Assembly (NCBI GenBank): GCA_043228905.1
Contig: JBHGNT010000062.1
Coordinates: forward strand, 62,001 to 126,000
Length of the DNA stretch: 64,000 nt
From: Azolla caroliniana
Taxonomy: Eukaryota > Plantae > Polypodiophyta
Direction of reading: 5' to 3'
Of this stretch, positions 25,546 through 36,276 are shown one piece after another. The stretch's first letter is position 1. Every line of letters starts with the position of its first letter. The notes under the pieces are model-generated. The model did no database searches, had not been told where the DNA came from, and saw only the letters and a list, made by a program, of their open reading frames with translations. The position numbers were made by a program, and so were the translations under genes.

Positions 25546-28500
25546 TGAATCACGACAGAAGGTCCCATCCGTTAAATTGAAGATTCCTCCCCAACAAAAA
25601 AAACTTCTGACACCATGCCCAAGCCTGACTCACAAAAAACGTTGTCGTGCCTTTCGGCTCCGAATTGTTGCATGAGTCGGGTGGGAACCGTCGGGGTTTT
25701 GGACTAGGAGGAGGAAGAATTTGAGACGAATCTAGTTATGAATAGATTTTAAGAAAGAGATCTAAAAACCTCGTGAATCCCACGAGTAGAATGTATTTTA
25801 TTAGATTAATCAATATTAAGATAAGATATGAATTTGGATTGAAAGAGAAGAATATAGAAACCTCGTGAATCCCACGAATGTAATTTTTTAATTGGTGTTT
25901 TTAGAGATATATCCAATTTCCAAAAGATTTCACACTTACTACATTGTGCTCCCATCCTTATATAGTGATGAGAGAGTCTTGGAAATCCATGGTTTTTTCT
26001 CTAATTATGCCCTCCATGTTTTCTCTATCAATAGACTATATGCTTTCTCTAACATGCTTTCTCTAAAGTCATGTGTTTTTTATCGACTATAGTGTTCATG
26101 CATGCTAGATGTGCATGTGTAGCTTTTTCTTTTATCATGGGTTTTCCTAAATTTTATCCTAGCGTGAACTTACCTTTCTATGTGGGACATCTACTTTTTG
26201 ACACTAATGATATGTTAGTGTAATGGTAAGGCTTCATATTATTAACATGGAGGTGCAAGCTTCAAATCTTGCCCTATGCATGTAATATATATTTTCGTCG
26301 TTTTCTTCATATTTATTAAATCGGGTACTTTATATGTTTTTTCATGTAGTGTACGAAATACACTACGACACTTGCCCCCTCCCAACCCGCACATCCTCCG
26401 GTATGTGCCGAAATTACCGGTGCTCGTAATTCTTCTTTACCCGTAGTACCCTCTATTTCTCTCGCTATGTCGACTTTGTCTCTCCATTTTGAACACATCC
26501 ATTCTTTCCACCCGAACCATTGTCTCCATCCGATCCACAATATTCTTCGTTCACTCTTTGCATGGACATGACCGGTTGTCATGACTCCTTGTGCTCTTCT
26601 TCAGCTTAACCCTTCATGTCTCGTGCATCTGCCACCGTCGTTCTGACCATCTCCTTGGTCAAGACACTCGGCACTTCGTCCATCTTTGTTGTATACTCTA
26701 ACGTTCGAGTTGACAATCTTCATGTTAGAACCCTCCTTCTTTGTTGAGATCTCATCCTCGGTAACACCCTTCAAATCCACTTGGCCCTTGTCATCTGTGG
26801 TAGTGTGCCTGCTTGGCCTCTTCCTTGTCTTCATCAATCTCGACTTCTTTCCTGATCGGTCTCATCCGATCGGCTTTCGGTTGGATTGGCTTCCGATCGG
26901 ATTCGTATCCCGTTGAATCGGACTCAGTTGATTGGTTTCAACTGAGTTGGCCCCCTTCCAGGTCAAGTTCGATCTATCGGTTTCGATTTTGGTTCACTTT
27001 CTTTTCCTCGTGTTCACCAGCCTCGACCGGTTCAACCTCCGGTTGAGTCGGATTAACTTTTGTTGTGCCTTTCGGCACCGGATCATTACGTGAGTCGGGT
27101 GGTTTTGGACTAGGAGGAGGAAGAATTTGAGACGAGTTTAATTATGAATATGAATCGATTATAAGAAAGAGAGATTGAAACTTGTGAATCCCACAAGTAT
27201 ATTGTATTAGATTGCATTAATCAATATAAAGATAAGAATATGAATTTAGATTGAAAGAGAGAGATATAGAAACCTAGTCTCAAATTCTTCTTCCTCCTAG
27301 TCCAAAACCCCGGTGGTTCCCACCCGACTCACACAACGATCCAGCGCCGACACAGTTGGTGAACCCGACGTAAAGACGGGTGGAAAGGAGATGGAGAATC
27401 AACAAGAGGCGATGAAAACGATGATGATGATGTTCGAGTGGATGTTACAAGAACAACGGGCGATGTCGAAGATCACGACGGCAGTAAAACGGCTCGTACA
27501 ACGAAACAGACAGTTCAACGGAAAGGATGCATCACACTATCTACGTGACTACAAAATGGAGATGATGCAATGTGGGATACCAGAAGGATTGCAAGTGATA
27601 TCCTTTAGTCGGGTGGCCGCGAATGAGCTACTAGAGAGAATCCACAAGATACAACAACAAAACCCGACATGAGAGGCATATGATTACGAGAGATTGAAGG
27701 GACGAGATCGGCGAGAGTTTGACGAATGGGTGGCATCAGAGAAGACCCACCGAACTACAACACAAGCATTCCTAGGGTTCGAGCATCGTTTTGCTCGACT
27801 CTCGGAGCGGGAACAAAGATTGGAGGGGGAGGATAAAGTCCTAATGTTCGTAAGATCGATCGATCATAAAGAAAGGATGGACATCAGGATTGAACTCGAA
27901 GATAATGACGGTGCAAATGGTCTTACCAAGGATTGTGTTGAAGTCAAAAAAAGTATGCTAAAGACATGATAAAAGGAAGATGAGAATATTGTTGGCAACA
28001 ACATGGCCTATAAGGGATGATCTATTAAGGATGAACAATGTGGTTGATACGAAGGCCGAAGTACGATACATCAGTACTACAGGAGAGGGTATAGAGCAAG
28101 ACATCCTCTTGTCTTGCGAAAGAACGATGGCTAAGGATAAGACCAATGACTTGAGAGTGGCGAACACCACTTCAAGGGTGGAAGAAGGTTTTGGGATACG
28201 AGTGTCCGAAACATCGAGAGACAAAGGGGTAAGCATAATCGATGCTTGCAAGATCGAGGGAGATAAAGAGTGTGAGGCGTACATGACTGAGGAGGAAGTC
28301 ACGAAAGATGACATCGAGTCGGAGGTGGCTATGGATGAGTCAATGGGGGATGCCTGAGGCAAGACTCTCCCAACACAAATACCAAATATTTCGGTAGTTG
28401 CGTTCGAAAAGCAACGTGAGACCGAAGAGACGGAAGGTGGCGGAGAGAAAACGAAGGTCGAACGAAGGTCGATGTCGATGCATACGATGGAGAGATAGCC

Positions 28501-30602
28501 GAGAAGGTGGCTATGGGTGAAACGACGGAGGACGATAACACCGAGGATTCTTGCCCACTAATTCTAGAGACTTCGGTGGTTGTGTTCAAGAACCAACCTG
28601 AGACTGGAGAGACAGGAGGTGGCGGCAAGAAAGGTAAAGTCGAAAGCCGGTTCAGATGGAAAATGATCCGGGCGGAATTCCGATCAGAAAGAAAGCCGAC
28701 CTGAAAGGGGGTCGACTCGGTCAAAACCGATCGACCGAGTCCGATTCGGCCGAACGCAAATACAGATGGAAGTTGACCTAGCCGAAAGCCGATCGAACGA
28801 GAACGATCCTAAAAGAAGCTAATCCGACTCACGCAACAATCCGGCACCGAAAGGCACGACAACGTTTATTGAGTCGGGAGGTGACAGGACTACCCACACT
28901 TTAGGCGAAAAAAGTAGTGGGGAGCCTCACCTGAAGAGCTACCCTCATGTCGAGTGGACATTAATCTATACCCAGGACGAAGGAGATTTGCTCCTTATTT
29001 TTGTAAAATCTAAAGGTGAGGGCAAGTTGCAGGTGGGGAAGACTTTCACCTACGGCCATGTAAAGAACATCGAATACGAAGACAATGACTCATCGAACCT
29101 CTTGTTCGATGTTGATAGCTCGATGGGGACGTGCAGACTCAGGATAGATGAACAAAATTTCGTAACTGACTCGTGCACCCGAAAGCTTTGAAAAAAGATG
29201 TTCAAACCAAAAATAATTTGATTGTTGCTTTCCGCCCTTATATTAAGGGAGAGTTGATGGTCGCACAAGCAACCACACCACCAAAGTCTGCCAATAAATC
29301 AAAACCGGAGCGTAAGAAGTACAAGAAAAGGCAGCATCCCGAGGACGAGCCCGAGGTACTCAAGTTCGTGGTAGATGAGGAGGAAGAAATCGTGTTTGAT
29401 GTTATTCCTCCAGGGGGGGCACATTGCATCAAGAATACTCACCTCAAACCAAAATCAGATCAGAGAAAACATTGTAAAGATGAAGCTTGTCTATAAAGGA
29501 AAACTATTTCACTTGCCCATCTCCTCTATTTAGAGGCCACCCATTGATCCTGAAATAGCAAGACGAGCTCTAGAAATAAGAGAGAGACATTTAGTGCATG
29601 TGAAAAACTTAAAAAGCAAAATGAAGATAAATTCACATGCCACTGTAGTGCCATTCTTAGTAATGGTAGACCCTAATCAGTGCCCAACTATTGTTGACTT
29701 TAAGTACAATTTGGTTGACAACTACACATACTACGTGATTGGAGGATCCCACTCTGCTGAATCTCGACGTCAACTTGTGAAGGAGTATCCTCTTACCCCA
29801 TTCTTCAAATATGCATAATGTAAAGTGTACGTTGGCCTTAGACATGAAGAAGCCAAGTTGTTAGTTTGGGGTCATAAAAATGATAATGACTACATATATT
29901 AGAAGATGTCATGTATGTATCGAGTGCATCAAGTTCTTCCATCACGAGTACCTTGATGCATTGCAAAAATTTGGTCCTAGGTTGCATCCTGGATTGCAAC
30001 GACAATGTCTGCTTGAAGTGGGGATAACAGTTGACGAAAGCACTAGGTCTGAAGGCCTAAGGAAATATGACTCGTGGTTTCAACTTGTGTTGAGAACAAG
30101 GGAGGTGTGGGACCTCCAAGATCAAATTTTTAGTATGTGGGAGCGGAAAGAAATAAAGGGTCAAAGATCAAAGAAGGCTAAGCTCAACCCACAAGTGGAG
30201 ATGAAGTCTAAGTCACATAAAAGTGACTTAGTAATTGAAAACTTAGCTGAGGATATGAAGCTGCTTCCTTGGCGGACATTGCAAGGAATCAAAGATGACA
30301 GATTATTAATATTTGTATTATCAAGAGTGGTCGTCAAGGAGTTCAGCCTTGATGAAATGGTCACAGAGTTTCAAAAGTGAGTATTCTATGTGATGACTTA
30401 TTTTCATTGTATTGTGGGAATAATTTGCTCTTTATAATAACCTTACTTTCTTTTCATTTTTAGCCATAAGGTTTATATGAAGATACAAGAGTTGATGATG
30501 AAAACATTGTCCTTGCCTACATGGGAAGAGGTGGAGCAATCGTGCCCCAAAACATCATCATACAAGGCTCTTGAAGAATTCTTCATTGTGTTTAGAGAAT
30601 GG
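25546..30602 (+). pseudogene. Intron-containing gene with a ParB/sulfiredoxin-like domain, interrupted by a Gypsy insertion at 25643-28861
   Basis: Removing the insert plus one ACGT restores KPDSQKTFIESGGD... in frame with ORF 28988; core LEIRERHLVHVKNLK...VVPFLVMV...YYVIGGSHSAESRRQL...CKVYVGLRHEEAKLL; GT-AG intron 30377-30463 in phase; next donor at 30603. Confidence 0.6.
25643..28861. mobile_element. Rearranged Gypsy composite with opposed LTR fragments, tRNA-Trp PBS and decayed gag; 4-bp TSD ACGT
   Basis: acgt|TGTCGTGCC...GGCACGACA|acgt; LTR segment repeated at 25643 and 27061; inverted LTR end 27276-27352 followed by tggtgaacccgacgt; gag FNGKDASHYLRDYKMEM and FDEWVASEKTHR. Confidence 0.8.
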
Positions 30603-31299
30603 GTATGTATGTTGTACAAATATAAAACACCACCTAGACCAATATGCCCCATCTCCTCCTCCTTGGCCATGATTCACATTGCTTGAGGCGAGTCAATCAT
30701 ACAAGAACTTGATTTTGATGGTATAGTCATTGACAAACATATGTTTTTGTTGTATGGACTTCACTTCTGGTTAGAGTTGAAGTTTTTGTGTGATTGTGTC
30801 GATGGATAAAATGTTTCGTGAGGTTCTTCCATGCCCCCTTTTGTTATCTTCACATCTGTGACATAGCCAATCATATGGTCATAGTATACTTTACATGGCT
30901 CACTAGACCATATGATGTAGCATATGGTCTAGTATACATTATGTGGCTCCCAAGCATATGGTCTAACAAGGCAAAGCATTAGATGGATCACTCCTTGCTT
31001 CCATTCACAATTATATGTATTGATAATGGCAAACATGTTTTGACAATCACCTTCAATGTATCCCCAATATGCTTGCCCCAAAAGGTATCGATGGATCTTG
31101 TATATCCATGATGCAAAAGTGTTGTGGTATGGAAACTTCTATCCTTGAGGAAAGCTACCCATTTGTTGATTCGTGCAATTCTTCTTTGTGTGGTAGTGGT
31201 TTCTTCTTCTCTTCTTGTTGGCTTCTTCCTTGTTTCACAACACGTGAACAATAGAGCAGTAGCTCTTCCACGCACAAGCTACAATGTCATGCTATGATT

Positions 31300-31616
31300 G
31301 CAATAGTCAATTGTAGGAGTGCATGTGAGCCAAATTCTTTCCATGAAAACCACAAAAGACCGAGCGGTGTTGTGTCTCCCATGACACACATCGTGAATTC
31401 CATGTAAACCAAGGATAGATTTCAAACGCAAATGAGTCGCCAAGTCATGTAAGCGTTCAAGCAATAGTCGATTGTAGGTTAATTACCTAATTTTTAACAA
31501 ATGGCTTCATGAAAACCACAAAAGACCGAGTGGTGTTGTCTTGCCCATGACACACATTGTGAATTGCATGTAAACCAAGGATAGATTTCAAGTGCAAATG
31601 AGTGGCCAAGTCATGT
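31300..31616. repeat. About 165-bp tandem duplication
   Basis: catgaaaaccacaaaagaccgag...ccaagtcatgt at 31342 and 31508. Confidence 0.85.
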
Positions 31617-32420
31617 CAATGTTGGCATGTGTTGAAGACTTATTTCAATGCTTTGAGGCTAGTGTTCATGCTAAGACAACTGGACCAAGGGAATTTGAAC
31701 ATATTACGGTTGTCGAGGATGAATGTGTGACCAGGTATACAAAGGAACGACTCCTCGCAAACTCAAGATTGGAATAATTTTTGCCTTGGTTAGTAACTAT
31801 TTTTTTTGCATGTTCAAGGCATTGATAGTGAAGAGTTTGGAGGTTGGGAGGTCATTGGTTTGACACAACATCAATGTGACATATTGTTCTACAGAAGTGA
31901 CATATTATGATTCCGAGAAAGTTGTAATGTGAGATTAAAATTTGAAACTGTGACCATGGGTATGATGTGGAGTATATAACTAACCGAGAGTACGAGGGCA
32001 AAGAAAGACTTACCACAAAGCCAATATAGGTAGCTCTAGTACGAGAGAGATTTTAGATATAGATGGTCATTAGGTTTCACATGAGTTTCATGTGAGTGTG
32101 GTGTCCCTAAAGAGTCCCAACCAGACCATGGTTCCGAAGTGAGTCAAGACGGACTCAAGAAGCCCCAAAACGTATTGGGACTTAGAAAATGCCCAGTCCT
32201 AGACATTGCCGCAAAAACAACAACGTCCCAGTCACCAACCACACAGTAGCCTAAAAGCCATCTCTTGGCCTAACACTAAGGAAGTCCACCAGCCAACCCT
32301 TGCAATTAATTTTAGACTCCTCTCCCGAGTATCTCACTCCGTAATCCTCATTAGCTCTAATGATTTTGTAATAATCTACTTTAGTTTGAGTGTTTTTATT
32401 AGTGATCATAACAATGGAGC

Positions 32421-32518
32421 AGAACATTAGGGTTAGAGTATGGTTGTGGAATTGACATGTAAAGTGAAGGGAGCTATGCTGGAAAGTAGTGGAATGCTGT
32501 AACATATTGAGTTGTGGA
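32421..32518. repeat. Inverted copy of 16082-16178
   Basis: Direct reverse-complement comparison. Confidence 0.85.
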
Positions 32519-32598
32519 ATGAGTATACAGATTTGGTTGCTGGATCGCGAATATCGGATTAGAATGCTCTGTCGTTGTAATTCTATACTCTGTGCATT

Positions 32599-35204
32599 AT
32601 GTGCTTTTCGTTAAGCATAGCCCGTGCCACTTCGAGGATGTGCCGATTCTTGCGTTCGGCCACTCCGTTATGTTTTGGCATATGTCGACACGAAAACTCT
32701 CGTCGTATTCCTTCTTTCCGTAGAAACGCCGAAAATTCGTCGAAGAAGTACTCCTTGCCTCCATCTGACCGAAGACATCGTACATGTCGGGCCGTGGCTT
32801 TCTTGACTTCATTCTTGAATTTTTGGAAGTGTCCGAACACTTCGCTCTTTTGCCGCATCGGGTAGATCAAGGTGTGTCTAGAGAAGTCGTCGATGAAGGT
32901 CACGTAGTATCGGCTTCCGCCGAATGTCCCCGTCTGAGCCGGACCCCATACATTAGAATGAATTACGTCGAGTACGCCTTTGCTCACGTTCCGCTCCTTC
33001 GGAAATGGGTGTCGATGTTGCTTGCCGAATTGGCAAGTGGCACACACACACGCCTTCAATCTCTTTCTCCGTGAATGTTGGGAGCCCAATGACGACTCCT
33101 TTCTATTGCATTGCCTTGAGCTTTTGGAGGTTGATATGGCCAATCCTCTTGTGCCATAACTCTATGTCGGAATCGGCTTTCACGCCCTTTGCGAACATGG
33201 CCGATTTCATCTCGTGTGAGTCGAGAATGAACATTCGGCCCTCTCTTCGTCCGCGTGCGATGAGTCGGCCCTCTTTTTCGATGAAGCAACCGCCTTGATT
33301 AAATCGTACTTGCATTCCTTGCTCTACAATTTGCCCAACGGAGACCAAATTCTTCGTGATACTTGGTACATGCAAGGCATTTTTAATATAAGTTTGCTTA
33401 CCTTCTTCTCCGAACAGAACATTGCCAATGTGCCGAATCGGGTGCGTAGTATTGTCTCCGGTTTCGACATAGCCGGGTTGGTCCGGCTCTCGAAGCTCTC
33501 GGAACCATTTTTTATGCGACGTCATATGGTTCGATGCATCGGAATCGACGAACCATACGTCTTCCGGATCAAAGGCATTAGTAGAGGTAGAGGCCGACAT
33601 AGAATTCGCTCTATGTCTCATCCCTAACATTCCGCCGCGATCGTCATAATCGGAGTTGATGGCGTAGTTGGTGAGTTGTCGGCTAGTGGAAGCCGACTTG
33701 CGTATCTTCTTACGGCATTCTTCTTCGTGGTGGCCAATTTTTCCGCAATATCCGCATTCGACCAAGCTTTGTCGGTTCGGACCGGAATGGAAGCTCCCCC
33801 TTCTTCCGAAGGTTCCTCGATGGCTTCCATCTTGATGCCGAAATTGCGAGTTGTTTTCGTAAATCGGGCCTTATCCGCCTCGTCCGCCACGTCCTTGGCT
33901 GAATCGGCCTCTTCTTGCATAGCCGCGTCCTCTTCCTCCATCCGAATGCGTGTAGAGCACTTGGCCTTCCGAGGCATTGTTCCTTGTTTGAACATGATTC
34001 TCTTCTACCAACAACATGGATTGAAGGTCGAAGAAGGAGGGCGGATTCTCCCATGCTAGTACGGCGGTCTGCATTGCGCCAAATCGTGGTGCAAGGCCGC
34101 AGAGACATATTTGCACCATCACTTCATCCTCCACGTTTACGCTTATGGAGCTGAGTGAATCACAAAGCTCTTTGATCTTCAAGGTGTAGCTCGTGACGGA
34201 CATATCCCTTTGTTGGATATTATTCAACTCTTGGCGGAGTTGAAGCTTTCTCGCGGTAATGTTGGCGGTGAAAATCTTTCGGAGATTCTCCCACGCTTCC
34301 TTCGGCGTCTTGGCTTCTCCAATGTACCCAAGCATGTGGTCGTGAACACATGTCGCCAAGCAATACATCACTAGACTTGCCGCTTGCTCCCACGTTGCAT
34401 AGTCAACGTTTTCCGGGTTGGGTCGATTTTCTTGTGCTCCTTTGATGTAGCTCCAATAGCCTTGGCCGACAACGTATTAGTGCATCTTGTACTCCCAAGA
34501 TGCAAAGTTGTTGCGATGCAAAGTTGTTGCGATCCAACTTCTCGCTAGGGAGAGCGCTCCCCATTTGAGTATTCATTGTCGATGTAGATTTCTTCCTTCT
34601 TTCCTTTTCCTTCTCTCTCGAACACGAGCTATGTAGTCGCACTACGATAGCGATGAGCCGGTTCTTCTTGAACGTCGGCGTAGAGCATAACACACGATCA
34701 CGATGAGGCGAGTGGGCTAGATCGAGTTACCAAATCGCTCTGATACCATGTAAAGAATCGGGTATAATTCTTGTGTAGCGGAAGAGATGTGTGTTATGTG
34801 TATGTGTCAGAGGAATTAGAGGAGAGATGAGAGAACACTACATAGATAGACAAGAGAAATAAAATACTCAAGAAGAAGGTGTATATTTCACAAGTAGAAT
34901 AAGAATTACAAAATGTAGCATAATAAGGAGTCACAACCGACCTAATATGAAGTATGAGAAGGGTGCTTTATATAGTGTCACCCTCTCTCTTCATTAACTT
35001 TACAACAACCACTCTCTCTTGGGGAATGTGAAGACTCATAGTCATGGGGAATATGTAACTCATTAGTTAGGTGTCATAGAATATGATTCTATTACACATA
35101 GTTAATGTGTAGAGAGTAGTGGTGTGACTATTGACTTCTGAGTAATCATCGATTCTCAAAAGGTGTGTTCACACGTGGCGCTATGTTGAGCTTGATTCTC
35201 AACA
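32599..35204 (-). mobile_element. Truncated Copia copy (5' LTR 34749-35204, PBS, gag-protease-partial integrase pseudogene)
   Basis: CGYCGKIGHHEEEC, WFVDSDASNHMT, LWHKRIGH, YYVTFIDDFSR, LRSDGGKEY, NGVAERKNRH; breaks off at 32599; mirror of 60310-62915. Confidence 0.92.
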
Positions 35205-36109
35205 GCACCAAACCCTAACTCGTAGGTATCTATCTCTTTCGAAGCCTACACAACTTCTAGATTTGTCTTTTCTTTTCTTTCTACTACACTCTTCTTCCTT
35301 TGTTTCTTCTCACGCTCGGCTTCTGAGCTATGGCACTCGCATAACCACTACTATGTTAGCTCTCTGTCGTTCTCTATATCGCTCTACTCTTGCAACACCT
35401 TCTATTATACCTTCCCGCGTTCACTTAGACACATAACTTCACTTTCACGATTTTACTCACTGTTTTTATTCTCAATGAGTTATCCAACATACAAATGCAA
35501 CTAGTTCGACTCACTATATATACTAACTCATCTCACATACATATATATGAATACATATATATATGTGTATATGTTCGTTCGAACTTCTATTTGACCGAAT
35601 CCCATTTCATTTCGGCTTTCTTACCGAATTTGGCCAACCAACTCTCGTTTCGGCTTTTCGGACAATTTTGGTCAGCCAACTCATTTCGACTTCTCAACCG
35701 ATTTCGACCGGCCGACTCTCGAGTCGACTTTTCGGCTGACTCACCCACAAGCAGGGACAACCTTTCATAACACTCTTATTTCGCAAATCTTGTTTCTTTT
35801 ATAATTTTGCTACATAGCACTGCAGCCCATTTCTGTAGGCTTTACATGGTTCCAGCACAAAAAGAAAAAAGAAAAAAGAAAACTGACACAACTTAATAGC
35901 TCACGACACAGGCTTAAAATGTACACAACGCGAGAGTTTTCTTAATTAGTAATGATGGTATGTATAAAATACAGTGGGAAAACCATTGTTCCGATACTTT
36001 TAATGATCTGTGGGAAGGGGTAAATCAAGGCTATTATTAATGCAATATGGACAGTGCAACTTATTGATCCTGACCATATACATACATACATACATGTATT
36101 ATGTATTAT

Positions 36110-36160
<51 letters not shown>

Positions 36161-36276
36161 ATCCATCATTATTCTTCATTCATAACAGCCAACGAAATGG
36201 CGGCTCAACAGTATATAGTGCAAGAAACACAGACAATATTCATAATAATGGTGATGGTGGAGAGGACTAAATCTGA

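Noticed and set aside
30603-32420. Continuation of the ParB-like gene into a methyltransferase catalytic (DPPY/SPPY) exon
   Set aside because: No such motif or convincing exon found by eye, so the ParB-methyltransferase fusion remains a hypothesis
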